From positions 7,974 through 70,392 of the forward strand of contig CAZBPH010000001.1 of the NCBI GenBank assembly GCA_964493645.1: a stretch of 62,419 nt of DNA. Direction: 5' to 3'. Origin of the DNA: an uncultured Heliobacteriaceae bacterium (GTDB lineage: Bacteria; Acidobacteriota; Blastocatellia; RBC074). Under the pieces are notes generated by a model. That model made no database searches, was not told the origin of the DNA, and was given only the letters and a program-made list of their open reading frames with translations. The position numbers and the translations under genes were made by a program. Shown here piece after piece: positions 27,259 through 38,052 of the stretch (positions within the stretch are counted from its first letter, which is position 1; each line of letters starts with the position of its first letter).

Positions 27259-29451
27259 ATGCAGCAACGATTAATCATCCTGATCATGATTTGTGTCGTA
27301 TTGGTTGGTCTCAATGTTGAGCCGTCGATAGCTCAGAGATCGAACGAGACCGATTTCCTCTCCGGCCTCGGAGACTTCCGCAACCTTAGGAACATGCTGC
27401 CGGCTCATATTCATCAGCTCGCTTTCAGACTGCTCGCGGAACGTGAGCGCAAGATCGCCGGCTTTACAACGGCGCAGCAGGTCTCGGAGCGCAAGGCGTA
27501 TATTCGCGAACGAATGATGCAGTCATTGGGGGGACCATTCCCGGATCGAACACCCCTCAATGCACGCACAGTCGGCGTGATCGAACGTGATGGATACAAA
27601 ATCGAGAAAGTCATCTTCGAAAGTCAGCCGCGGTTTTACGTCACGGCCAGTCTCTATGTGCCGACACGCGGACGCGGGCCATTTCCGGCCATCCTCTTTC
27701 CACTCGGCCACGAAGAGGGAGCAAAAGCACACGATACGTGGCAGCAGATACTCGGGTCGTTCGCTAAAAAGGGCTATGTTGCACTGGCCTGGGACCAGAT
27801 CGGACAGGGCGAGCGAGTGCAGATGTTCGACACGGATTTTGGCGAATCGAAAGTCCGCCACTCGACAACCGAACACACGATCATTGGAATTCAATGCCTG
27901 CTCATGGGTGACAATCTGGCGCGATATACGATCTGGGATGGGATTCGCGCGCTCGACTACCTGCTCTCCCGTCCAGAAGTTGATGCTTCACGCATCGGTC
28001 TGACAGGCAATTCAGGCGGGGGCACACATACGGCCTACCTCGGAGCGCTCGACGATCGAATTCAGGTCGCAGCCCCTTCCTGTTACCTGACCTCGTGGCG
28101 TGCGTTGCTCGAAACCATCGGGCCACAGGATGCCGAGCAGAATCTGGTGCCATGGATTGGCGCTGGATTGGATCACGCCGATTTCATCTATGCCTTTTCG
28201 CCGAAACCTTACCTGATTCTTTCGGCTATTCGCGACTTTTTCTCGATCGGTGGCGCGCGTGCAACTTATCGAGAAGCGCAGAGCATTTACAAGCTGACCG
28301 GCACGCCCGAAAAATTATTGATGGTCGAAGCCGACGACGGTCACGGGTATTCAAAACCGCGCAGAATGGCCGCATACAGCTGGTTCGGGCGCTGGTTGAA
28401 GGGCGCAGAAGATCGCGAACCTGAGCCCGAAGTGGCTATCGCCACCGAGAAAGAGCTGCATTGCACCGAATCCGGCCAGGTCTCAGTCAGCCTCGGCGGC
28501 GAGACAGTCTTTGCGTTGAACCAGCGGCGCGCGGAACAGTTTCGTCCAAAAGGCAGGCCGTTTTCCCAGGCAGAGATTCGTAATCGTGTGCGCAGTCTGA
28601 CTGCATTCGAAGATCCGAAGACCGACCTCAAAACGAGGCAATTCGGCCTGATAGCGCGCGAAGGCTACCACATAGAAAAGCTCGTCTATGAGAGTGAGCC
28701 CGGGATCGTCATTCCATCGTTGCTCTTCTTACCTGATGCAGGCGGCGGCAGCAAACCTGCAATGATCTATGTCCACGGTGGCGGTAAGTCTGCCGCGGCA
28801 TCGCCGGGCGGCGAGATCGAACAGTTCGTCAAGGCCGGTCTCATTGTACTGGCGATTGATTTGCGAGGGATGGGTGAAACGCGGTACCGCGGAGACGAGA
28901 GTGACGATGACTTTCCCGTCTATTTCGGAGACTTCGATAGCGCAATGACAGCGTTACACATGGGGAAATCCCTGGTTGGAATGCGTATGGTGGATGTGAT
29001 CCGCGGCGTCGATCTGCTGGCGGCGCGTGCGGAAGTCGATCGGACCAGAATAATCGGGTTCGGCAAAGACGCCGGCGCGGTTCCATTACTCTATGCTTCA
29101 GCGATGGATGAGCGCATCGGAAAAATCGCGTTGGAGGGAATGCTCGCTTCTTACCAGACCGTCATTAATCAGCGGATTCATCGTCAGATCTTCGAGCAGG
29201 TGGTAACGGGTGTCTTGCGTTCTTTTGATCTGCCTGACCTGGTGGCAGCGCTCGCGCCGCGACAGGTTTGGATCGTCAATGCAGTCAACGCTCTCGGACA
29301 ACAGATCAGGACCGCTGAAACCAACAAACTGTATGATGATTCGTTCGCGGCCTTTCGCGTGGCAAAAGAGGACAACGCGCTGTTGATTACCGAGCGCAAC
29401 AAATCTGAGAGCGTGGCGAAGACCTATCGCCGCTTCATCGACCAGCAATGA
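27259..29451 (+). CDS. Secreted two-domain alpha/beta hydrolase (acetyl-xylan-esterase / S9-like), paralogue of 19078-21105
   Basis: 730-aa ORF with a signal peptide. The first domain has GNSGGG. A second alpha/beta-like domain (GYHIEKLVYESEPGIVIPSLLFLP..MIYVHGGG) has GKDAG where the nucleophile elbow is expected. Confidence 0.75.
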   Translation: MQQRLIILIMICVVLVGLNVEPSIAQRSNETDFLSGLGDFRNLRNMLPAHIHQLAFRLLAERERKIAGFTTAQQVSERKAYIRERMMQSLGGPFPDRTPLNARTVGVIERDGYKIEKVIFESQPRFYVTASLYVPTRGRGPFPAILFPLGHEEGAKAHDTWQQILGSFAKKGYVALAWDQIGQGERVQMFDTDFGESKVRHSTTEHTIIGIQCLLMGDNLARYTIWDGIRALDYLLSRPEVDASRIGLTGNSGGGTHTAYLGALDDRIQVAAPSCYLTSWRALLETIGPQDAEQNLVPWIGAGLDHADFIYAFSPKPYLILSAIRDFFSIGGARATYREAQSIYKLTGTPEKLLMVEADDGHGYSKPRRMAAYSWFGRWLKGAEDREPEPEVAIATEKELHCTESGQVSVSLGGETVFALNQRRAEQFRPKGRPFSQAEIRNRVRSLTAFEDPKTDLKTRQFGLIAREGYHIEKLVYESEPGIVIPSLLFLPDAGGGSKPAMIYVHGGGKSAAASPGGEIEQFVKAGLIVLAIDLRGMGETRYRGDESDDDFPVYFGDFDSAMTALHMGKSLVGMRMVDVIRGVDLLAARAEVDRTRIIGFGKDAGAVPLLYASAMDERIGKIALEGMLASYQTVINQRIHRQIFEQVVTGVLRSFDLPDLVAALAPRQVWIVNAVNALGQQIRTAETNKLYDDSFAAFRVAKEDNALLITERNKSESVAKTYRRFIDQQ

Positions 29452-29510
29452 ACTCACGCCGGGTCATTGCCCGATCTTATGGCCATGATAAAAGTGGGGG
29501 TCAAACCGCA

Positions 29511-30779
29511 ATGAAAGCAATGATAAAAAAGAAAGTCGCCCTGGCGTTGATATTATCTGTGATGGGATATGGCGGCGCCCAATGGATACGATCAGGCCAT
29601 GTCGCGTTCGCCGGCAGCCAGTTAACGCCGTGGTTTGTGCCGCACACGACGGTGATCGCCGCGCCTGCAGGATTCAAGTCGGTCGCTGTAGTAAACGAGT
29701 CAGCGCCAAAAGACAAAATCCCCGCTCAATGGGAATGGGTTGAACGTGGTAAAACGATACGCCTGACCTGGGTGGATGAGGGCCGCGAGGACGTTGGGAC
29801 ACCGAGTTATGGCGCCGTCTTCAGTCGACAGGCCGGCAAGGTGAAACCCACCGGAGGTGTCAGCCTCTCAAGATTGACAGACCGTATTGAAGTGAAAATT
29901 AACGGTCAGACTTTTACCGGATATTACTTCAAAACCAATTCACCCAAGCCCTTTTTGCATCCATTCAAGGCTGCCTCCGGAACGGTCGTCACGCGTGGCT
30001 TTCCTGTCGAGCGTGGCATAACCGGCGAACCGATCGACCACCCTCATCACAGGGCATGGTGGTTCTCGCACGGCGATGTGAACGGCACTGATTTCTGGGG
30101 CGAGGAAGGCAAAGCGCCTGGACGAATAGAACATCGCTCATTCGACGAAATCGTCAGCGGGCCGGTATACGGGCGATTGGTGGCGCACAGCGAATGGGTG
30201 ACGGCCAATGGTGAGCGAATTCTAAACGACCGCCGCGAGATCACCTTTTACAGCCTGCCCGATGCTCGCATAATCGATATCGTCATCGAACTGAAACCGA
30301 CAGGTGGTCCAGTCAAATTCGGAGATACGAAGGAAGGTTCGTTCGCCATCCGCGTCGCCGCAGAGTTGCAGGCCAAAGACGGGACTGGGCGGCTGGAAAA
30401 CTCCCTCGGCCTCCAGGGAGAGAAGGCGACATGGGGCAAGCGGGCCGACTGGTGCGACTACTCAGGTACAGTCGCAGGGGAGCGGCTCGGCATCACGATC
30501 TTCGATCACCCTTCCAGCTTTCGCCATCCTTCGTTCTGGATGGTGCGCGATTACGGATTGTTCGCTACAAATCCGTTCGGTGAACGAGCGTACACGAACA
30601 ACCCCAAAGCGGACGGTTCATACTTGTTAGCTCCCGGAAAGTCACTGACAATTCGACATCGTGTGTTGATCCACGCCGGCGATGCCGCCAGTGCCCGATT
30701 GCCACAGCATTACCGAGCTTATGCCGATCAAGGTCAGGTGAAGATGCAGGTCCGGCAATCGTTGTCAGTATTTGACTGA
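29511..30779 (+). CDS. DUF6807 / 'PmoA-like' family protein (exported)
   Basis: PKPFLHPFKAASGTVVTRGFP...IDHPHHRAWWFSHGDVNGTDFWGE matches the family signature as I remember it. ATG at 29511 gives signal peptide MKAMIKKKVALALILSVMGYGGA. An alternative ATG at 29448 overlaps the upstream stop (ATGA). Confidence 0.75.
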   Translation: MKAMIKKKVALALILSVMGYGGAQWIRSGHVAFAGSQLTPWFVPHTTVIAAPAGFKSVAVVNESAPKDKIPAQWEWVERGKTIRLTWVDEGREDVGTPSYGAVFSRQAGKVKPTGGVSLSRLTDRIEVKINGQTFTGYYFKTNSPKPFLHPFKAASGTVVTRGFPVERGITGEPIDHPHHRAWWFSHGDVNGTDFWGEEGKAPGRIEHRSFDEIVSGPVYGRLVAHSEWVTANGERILNDRREITFYSLPDARIIDIVIELKPTGGPVKFGDTKEGSFAIRVAAELQAKDGTGRLENSLGLQGEKATWGKRADWCDYSGTVAGERLGITIFDHPSSFRHPSFWMVRDYGLFATNPFGERAYTNNPKADGSYLLAPGKSLTIRHRVLIHAGDAASARLPQHYRAYADQGQVKMQVRQSLSVFD

Positions 30780-30855
30780 GCGCAATTCCTGAAAATACAC
30801 GGGTGAAACTACCTGCGACAGACACGGCGCCGCTCGAATTCAGGAGTAAAGAGTT

Positions 30856-32010
<1,155 letters not shown>

Positions 32011-32167
32011 TGAGTTTGAGTTATTTGACTCGACGCGGTGCACAGTCCATCCAGATCAAATTCCTGAAGGTTCAAATGAAAAGATGTCCCAATGAGACTT
32101 CGGTAACCGATCAAGGAATGCCCACGCTCACCCGTTACCAACGCGTGATCATCACGCTCTACCCATA

Positions 32168-33166
32168 ATGTACCAGAGACGCGAAATTCTGAAACTGGCT
32201 CCTAAGCGGACTGACAGGTCAGATGCTTACTGGCTTCACGTCAGTCGCTCGGCCATGGCATGCCGTTTCGAGATTACGCTGCCTGTACAAGAGCAATCCG
32301 GTGTCAAAGCGGCGAGCGCAGTCCTCTGTGAAGCAGAGCGGCTGGAACAGCAATTGAGCGTTTTCCGTGACGACAGCGAAGTCAGTCTCATCAATCGAAA
32401 CGCGGCGGCACGGGCTGTGATGGTCGATCACTCGCTCTTCGCGCTGCTCAGTCAGTGTCTGGTGTTATCAAGCGCAACCGAAGACGCATTCGACATCACG
32501 TCCGGTCCCTTGATCCGATGTTGGGGATTTCTGCGGCGGCAGGGACGCATTCCGACATTGGAGCAAATCGAACAGGCCCGCTTAGTGACCGGAAGTGAAT
32601 TGTTGCGCCTTGACGCCGAAGCACGAACGGTTCGTTTTGACCGGGCAGGCATGGAAATCAATCTGGGCAGCATTGGCAAAGGATTCGCGCTTGATCGCAT
32701 GGCGAAGCAGTTGCGCGGCGACGTGCTGACAGCTTTGTTGAGCGCCGGTTCCAGCAGCTTTTGCGCACTGGGGCATGGCGAAAAACGTAAAGGCTGGACT
32801 GTCGGCATTCGCCATCCGCTGGATGTTACCCGACGACTTGCAGTACTTCGATTGCGCGATGCGGCGATGGCCACAAGCGGAAGCGATGAGCAGTATTTTG
32901 AATGCGATGGTAAACGCTATGGGCACATTATTGACCCGCGCACTGGCTGGCCCGCTGATGGCGTTGCGGGGGTGACGGTCGTGACAGCATCTGCGGCTGT
33001 TGCCGACGCGCTGGCGACGGCGTTTTATATTGGCGGGCGCGAGCTGGCCGAGCGTTATTGCGGGGCTCATCCCGGCACGCTGGTCGTAATGCTCGAAAGC
33101 GAAGCGAGTCTGCCCGTCATCATCGGACAAAACGATAATTGCGAGGTGGAATTTTTTCATGACTAA
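32168..33166 (+). CDS. apbE: FAD:protein FMN transferase (ApbE family)
   Basis: 332-aa ORF with ApbE motifs [10 protein letters not shown] (MGT-like), [12 protein letters not shown] and [12 protein letters not shown]. The N-terminus has an RREILK twin-arginine-like motif but no hydrophobic h-region or lipobox. Confidence 0.85.
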   Translation: MYQRREILKLAPKRTDRSDAYWLHVSRSAMACRFEITLPVQEQSGVKAASAVLCEAERLEQQLSVFRDDSEVSLINRNAAARAVMVDHSLFALLSQCLVLSSATEDAFDITSGPLIRCWGFLRRQGRIPTLEQIEQARLVTGSELLRLDAEARTVRFDRAGMEINLGSIGKGFALDRMAKQLRGDVLTALLSAGSSSFCALGHGEKRKGWTVGIRHPLDVTRRLAVLRLRDAAMATSGSDEQYFECDGKRYGHIIDPRTGWPADGVAGVTVVTASAAVADALATAFYIGGRELAERYCGAHPGTLVVMLESEASLPVIIGQNDNCEVEFFHD

Positions 33167-33707
33167 TAGATCGCACGTCCCTCTTCCAGCGATGCAACAG
33201 GCAGCTTTGATCGTATTGCGCACGCTCATCGGCTGGCACTTCCTTTATGAAGGCTATTACAAGTTTAAACTGCCGGGTTGGAGCGCCGACGGCACTCACC
33301 TCGGCGCATGGACATCCGCCGGGTATCTCAGGGCCACAACCGGTCCGCTAGCCTGGCTTTTTCATCAAATGCTTGATGCAGGTTGGGCCGGGTGGCTGGA
33401 CTGGTCGGTGAAAATCAGTCTCATGCTGATCGGGTTGTCGCTCATGCTGGGGCTGTTCACGCGCGCGGGCTGCTGGGGTGCGATACTGCTGTTATCGTTA
33501 TTTTATGTGTTGATGATCCCGCTCGCCGGGACACAACAGCCCGGCAGCGAAGGCGCGTACCTGATAGTCAACAAGACGCTGATCGAAGCCGCTGCCGTTG
33601 GTGTGGTGCTGGCGTTCAACACCGGTGAAATCGCTGGATTGGACCTGCTGTTTTCTCATCGCAAGGATCGGCAGCCGGCGAATCCGAGCGTAGGTGTGGC
33701 GAATTGA
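33159..33707 (+). CDS. DoxX-family integral membrane protein
   Basis: 182-aa ORF whose ATG overlaps the apbE 3' end by 8 nt, with GAGGTGGA RBS. It has four hydrophobic segments and a DoxX-like start [13 protein letters not shown]. Confidence 0.6.
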   Translation: MTNRSHVPLPAMQQAALIVLRTLIGWHFLYEGYYKFKLPGWSADGTHLGAWTSAGYLRATTGPLAWLFHQMLDAGWAGWLDWSVKISLMLIGLSLMLGLFTRAGCWGAILLLSLFYVLMIPLAGTQQPGSEGAYLIVNKTLIEAAAVGVVLAFNTGEIAGLDLLFSHRKDRQPANPSVGVAN

Positions 33708-33748
33708 AGGACGCAAAAGCATAATCATCAAAATTGAAAGGACTGGTT

Positions 33749-35035
33749 ATGAATCTCACTGACGAACAAAAAGAACAGGGGCGCCGCAATTTCCTGAAGG
33801 CGTTGGCGGGTACACCAGCGCTGGCTGCATTGGGCGTCGCCGCGGCTGTCCGCGGCCCGATCAAAGGCGGTCCGGTCCGGGCGGCAGTGATTGGCACGGG
33901 CGGCATGGGGCGTGGCCTGATTGCGCAATGCCAGAAAGAGCTGATTGATTTGCGCGCAATCTGCGACATCAACCCGAAGCGACGGCGCGCGGTGGCTGAA
34001 AACATGCAAAAAAACGGCTGGCCGCAACCAAAAGAGTACGACGACTGGATGGAGATGCTGGGAAAAGAGGACCTCGAAGCCGTCATCATCGCCACTCCAC
34101 TGTGGTCGCACGCTGACATTGCCGTTGGTTGTCTCGACGCGGGCAAACACGTGCTGTGCGAAAAGATGATGGCAAAAACCGAGGCCGACTGCGTGCGCAT
34201 GCTCGAGGCCGCGCAGCGCAACAAGCGGATGCTGGAAATCGGTTATCAACGCTACTACAACCCTGTCTATCAGGCCGCTTACGAAAATATTGTCAAACAG
34301 GGATTGATCGGCGATGTTTATTTCGCGCGACTGGTCTGGCATCGCAACTCCAACTGGCGGCGCAAGGAAGCATCTCCCGGTTCCGATTTCAATCCAAAAC
34401 GATGGGGGTACGCAGATTGGGAGCACCTGCTGAACTGGCGGCTGTACAAGCAATATTCCGAAGGGCTGACCGCCGAGCTGGGCAGCCATTTGATTACAAC
34501 GACGAACTGGTTTTTTGAAGCGTCCCCGGAGGCAGCGTATTCGACAGGCAGCATTGCGCGCCACAATGATGGGCGCGAAGTGTTCGATCATGTATACGCC
34601 ACGCTGGAATATCCCGGCGGGCGCACGGCGACGTTTTCTTCCATCGAATCGAACGCATTTGAAGACCATTACGAAATGTTCTTCGGTACGAAAGGTACGC
34701 TGATTCTGCAAAACGAAGTCGAGGTTTACCTGTTTTACGAAGGCGAAGCGGCGCAAACCAAAGTCGAAGTTACACGACAAACTTCTATGCCAGTCGCCGA
34801 CGCTTCGGCCACACGACCGGCGGATGCGCCCGGCCGCACTGTGAACGCGGCGGCGACGGGGCAAGTGGACAGAAACCTGTCATATCGTAATGAGATAGCA
34901 GAGTTCTGCGCCTCTGTGCGCACGGGCAAGCCGGTGCGTTGTGGGCCGGAAAAAGCGAGGCAGTCGGCACTGGCCGTCATCATCGCAAATCAGGCGGCTG
35001 AAAAACACACTCGGATCGAGATGACAGGCGCATAG
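33749..35035 (+). CDS. Tat-exported Gfo/Idh/MocA-family oxidoreductase
   Basis: The track start at 33734 is TTG. ATG at 33749 (RBS AAAGGA) gives [33 protein letters not shown], a twin-arginine signal. Motifs include the Rossmann start [13 protein letters not shown] and CEKMM (EKP-type). Confidence 0.8.
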   Translation: MNLTDEQKEQGRRNFLKALAGTPALAALGVAAAVRGPIKGGPVRAAVIGTGGMGRGLIAQCQKELIDLRAICDINPKRRRAVAENMQKNGWPQPKEYDDWMEMLGKEDLEAVIIATPLWSHADIAVGCLDAGKHVLCEKMMAKTEADCVRMLEAAQRNKRMLEIGYQRYYNPVYQAAYENIVKQGLIGDVYFARLVWHRNSNWRRKEASPGSDFNPKRWGYADWEHLLNWRLYKQYSEGLTAELGSHLITTTNWFFEASPEAAYSTGSIARHNDGREVFDHVYATLEYPGGRTATFSSIESNAFEDHYEMFFGTKGTLILQNEVEVYLFYEGEAAQTKVEVTRQTSMPVADASATRPADAPGRTVNAAATGQVDRNLSYRNEIAEFCASVRTGKPVRCGPEKARQSALAVIIANQAAEKHTRIEMTGA

Positions 35036-35103
35036 TTGGTTTGCCGGCGCGCCGGCCAGCGCAATTCGTCATTGACTGGCGGCAACGGATCATCGAGTAA
35101 TGG

Positions 35104-35973
35104 TCAGCCGAACTCCGGGCCGAGTATTGCGAATTGATTGTGCGGCATTCCTGGAAAAGGGTTATTCCGATAGAACATCCGGATGAATGGGCGCTGTTCG
35201 ATAAAACCAATAGATTCCAGCCACGCGCGCCAATCTGATTCGTGATGCGTGGCGTCAAGAATGAACCTTTTATCTTTCCCCTGACTCAGACAGGCTGCGA
35301 CCAGATGCCGCGCGTCCTGCTGATCGAGGGCGACGACCGGCCCGATCTGTTCAAAATTGAAGCCGTGCCTCCCAAAAGCGTAACCGGTGATCCGTCCTCG
35401 ATCTTCTGTAATCCAGGCATATTCCGGCGCGCCGTCGAACATCCATTCCAATATCACGTGACGGTCTGCGCCGAAGACATCGCGATCAAATATTGCGACA
35501 TCAGGCAGGTCACGTTTCGTCATCGGGCGCCCGGGATTACCTGAATATCCGAAATCGCGCCGGTCTGCCACTACTTCCATACGGCTCAAAGTATATTCAT
35601 CGACGAAACCCAGTTTTCGATAAACAGCGTGTCCTGCCGGAGTGGCATCAAGCCTGGTCGAAGGCATGTCTTTGAGCGCATTCATTGCTTCTGACATCAA
35701 AGATCCGGCAATTCCCTGACCGCGTTCGGCCGGATCGACCAGCACCATGCCTATCCAGCTGAAACGGTCTTCGTAACAAACTGTCGCAACCGTGCCTATG
35801 ACATATTCATTCCTCAAAGCGACGCGACAACCTTGCGGGCTGAGTTTGAGGAAGAGGTCCCAGTCGCGCCCGGTCTGGTTCCAGTGCGCCGCGCGACAAA
35901 GGCGTAATCCCGAGGGAATATCACCCGGCCGCATCGTGCGAAAGCTGATTTCGGATGAGATTGTATTGATCAT
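35104..35973 (-). CDS. GNAT-family N-acetyltransferase (two-lobed)
   Basis: 289-aa ORF with ATG at 35973. It carries the acetyl-CoA motif VDPAERGQGIAGSLM and a second GNAT-like C-terminal lobe. Confidence 0.75.
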   Translation of the reverse strand: MINTISSEISFRTMRPGDIPSGLRLCRAAHWNQTGRDWDLFLKLSPQGCRVALRNEYVIGTVATVCYEDRFSWIGMVLVDPAERGQGIAGSLMSEAMNALKDMPSTRLDATPAGHAVYRKLGFVDEYTLSRMEVVADRRDFGYSGNPGRPMTKRDLPDVAIFDRDVFGADRHVILEWMFDGAPEYAWITEDRGRITGYAFGRHGFNFEQIGPVVALDQQDARHLVAACLSQGKDKRFILDATHHESDWRAWLESIGFIEQRPFIRMFYRNNPFPGMPHNQFAILGPEFG

Positions 35974-36129
35974 GGCAGCGTCACCTGTTCTCTTGCTTTT
36001 TTGGTCGATTATGGCACAATCCCGCCACCATCAAATAAGAAGCGGCCTTCTTTAGAACTGGAAAAAGATCGTCACAATTTCCAGCCCTGGCCCACCGGCG
36101 CGATCAAATTACACGACAAGAAGAACAAG

Positions 36130-38052
36130 ATGAAGACTTCAGTTATTCGATATCGAGTTGCTGATTTCCTGCGGGAACATCAACCATTTGACGTATTTTC
36201 GATGGATGATCTGCTGGCGTTCTCGGGAACAGGCCGGGTGATCTTTCATGAAGATGACATTCATCTGTATCACAAGGGGCAAGCACATGAATCAGGTTTC
36301 TGGGTGATTCAGCAGGGCCGAGTTGAGATTTCGGATGAGACGCCGATGGGAGCGCAGTTGCGCGATGTGCTGGGACCGGGCGACATTCTGGGACTTGACC
36401 GATATCCGGCGGCGGCAGGCTACCTGCATACAGCGCGAACCGCGACTGAGGTGATCCTCTATGCGTTCGATTCGGAGGCGTTTGAAGAGCTCGTGGCCAG
36501 GTATCCGGAGGCGACTCGATATATGACAGCTCACCTTTCAGCAGGTGCGCGGCATACCAAGGCACTGCAGGCGCCGGTGACGCGTGAGCGATTGTTATCG
36601 GAGAAGGAGAAAACGGTCTGGCTGAACGCCCGTGTGAAAGTGTATGAGTCGATGACGCGACAAGCCGCGACTTGCGGCCCTGAACTGCCGATTCGCGATG
36701 TCGCCCGTCGAATGCGCGAAGTTGGACGCGAGGCGCTTGCCGTAGTCGATTCGGCGGGGCTCCCGCTAGGCCTGATCACGAGGACCGGGCTCTGCGATCG
36801 GGTCGCAACCGGCGATGTACTGGTTGATGCACCGGCTGAGACTATCATGGATTGCCGGTTCCGTACCGTGGCGCCGGGGCTGCGATCCACGGACTATATG
36901 CTCCAAATGGTGCGCAGCCGTTGCTCAGTTCTGGCCATCACGAGCGATGGTTCGCCAGTGACAACATTGCAGGAGATCGTCACTGAGGAAGATGTTGCGA
37001 TCGACTGCGGAAGGAATCCGATCGCGCTGCTGCGGGCGATATCAAACTCCGGGACAGTGGCCGAAGTTGCGTACCTTTGCGAGCGCGCACGCGATCTTGT
37101 GCTGGATGGTTTGGTCGGTCCTTCAGTCATCGAGTGGTTTATGCAACTTTGGTCCGAGATCAGTCGCGAGATGCTGAAGCAGGTCATCTCGATCGCCGAG
37201 GCGGAATTATCGATCGCCGGCCGCCCGGCCCCCGATATGCCCTCCTGCTGGATGTTATTCGGCAGCGCCGGACGTGACGAACTCTTTTCAAACACGGCCC
37301 CGGAGATCGGTCTGGCATATGCGAATCCGTCCATGGCTGAGGGGCAGGAGGTCAGACGTTACTTTGAAACTCTGGTGGCGAAAGTTACGGTGAAACTTCA
37401 GGCTTGCGGCTTGAAGGCCCGTCCCAATGCATACACCAAACTTCGCACGCTGGACGAATGGAAGGCCTTCTATGTTCATCGCATTGATGACCCGATCGGG
37501 AATCGTATCTATCAAGACCGCGAGTATTTCGATTTTCAGTTGGTCAAAGGCGATCCGGCGCTCGGCGCCGAGTTATGGGCCACCATTCTGCAAGAGATGG
37601 AGAACAGCCGATCTTTCCTTCCCGTGCTGGCGAATGACGTTATCGCCAACCAGCCGCCGCTGACTTTTTTCGCGGGCACGGTGATAGAATCGGATGGCCA
37701 ATTGAAGACCACGCTCGATCTGGAGAAGACGGCACTGACTCCCATTGCAGACGCGGCGAGGGTGCTGGCCTTCGGATCCCGCGATGTCTCCTCGCCAAAT
37801 ACACTTCATCGCCTCAGGCGGGCGGCGGGCGTGATGCCGCACTACGCCTCCATCCTGCACGATGCCGCAGAGGCCTGGCGGATCGTCGGATACCATCACG
37901 CCCTCGCCGGTTTTGCGAGGCAGGGCCCGTATGATGAGGTTCACCAGCCGCGATTGACCAGGTTCGACCAGCGTATGCTCAAAACGGCCTTCGACTCGAC
38001 CCGTCGATTTCTTGAACTGGCTTCTACGCTTGAGTATGTGAGGGCGACATGA
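36130..38052 (+). CDS. cNMP-binding / tandem CBS / DUF294 putative nucleotidyltransferase protein
   Basis: The in-frame ATG at 36130 is the likely start (the track ORF starts at 36001). It has a cyclic-nucleotide-binding-like fold (GFWVIQQGRVEI..LGPGDILG), a CBS region (ALAVVDSAGLPLGLITRTGL, VLAITSDGSPVTTLQEIVTEEDV), an NTase-like GSAGRDELFSNTAPEIGL and a DUF294_C-like tail. Confidence 0.75.
   Translation: MKTSVIRYRVADFLREHQPFDVFSMDDLLAFSGTGRVIFHEDDIHLYHKGQAHESGFWVIQQGRVEISDETPMGAQLRDVLGPGDILGLDRYPAAAGYLHTARTATEVILYAFDSEAFEELVARYPEATRYMTAHLSAGARHTKALQAPVTRERLLSEKEKTVWLNARVKVYESMTRQAATCGPELPIRDVARRMREVGREALAVVDSAGLPLGLITRTGLCDRVATGDVLVDAPAETIMDCRFRTVAPGLRSTDYMLQMVRSRCSVLAITSDGSPVTTLQEIVTEEDVAIDCGRNPIALLRAISNSGTVAEVAYLCERARDLVLDGLVGPSVIEWFMQLWSEISREMLKQVISIAEAELSIAGRPAPDMPSCWMLFGSAGRDELFSNTAPEIGLAYANPSMAEGQEVRRYFETLVAKVTVKLQACGLKARPNAYTKLRTLDEWKAFYVHRIDDPIGNRIYQDREYFDFQLVKGDPALGAELWATILQEMENSRSFLPVLANDVIANQPPLTFFAGTVIESDGQLKTTLDLEKTALTPIADAARVLAFGSRDVSSPNTLHRLRRAAGVMPHYASILHDAAEAWRIVGYHHALAGFARQGPYDEVHQPRLTRFDQRMLKTAFDSTRRFLELASTLEYVRAT

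Noticed and set aside
34799-34813. D-A-S-A-T in the Tat oxidoreductase, considered as an ApbE flavinylation site.
   Set aside because: It does not match the canonical [ST]-G-A-[ST] context or the Asp spacing. It is mentioned only as a testable residue under the ApbE finding and is not called as a feature.
35043-35056. Palindrome GCCGGCGCGCCGGC after the oxidoreductase stop, considered as a possible terminator.
   Set aside because: It allows only a 5-bp stem with a 4-nt loop and has no T-tract. It is too weak to call an intrinsic terminator.
36012-36026. TGGCAC hexamer upstream of the DUF294 gene (TGGCACAATCCCGCC), considered as a possible sigma54 -24 element.
   Set aside because: The downstream GC dinucleotide is one position off the required GG-N10-GC spacing, and there is no TTGC.
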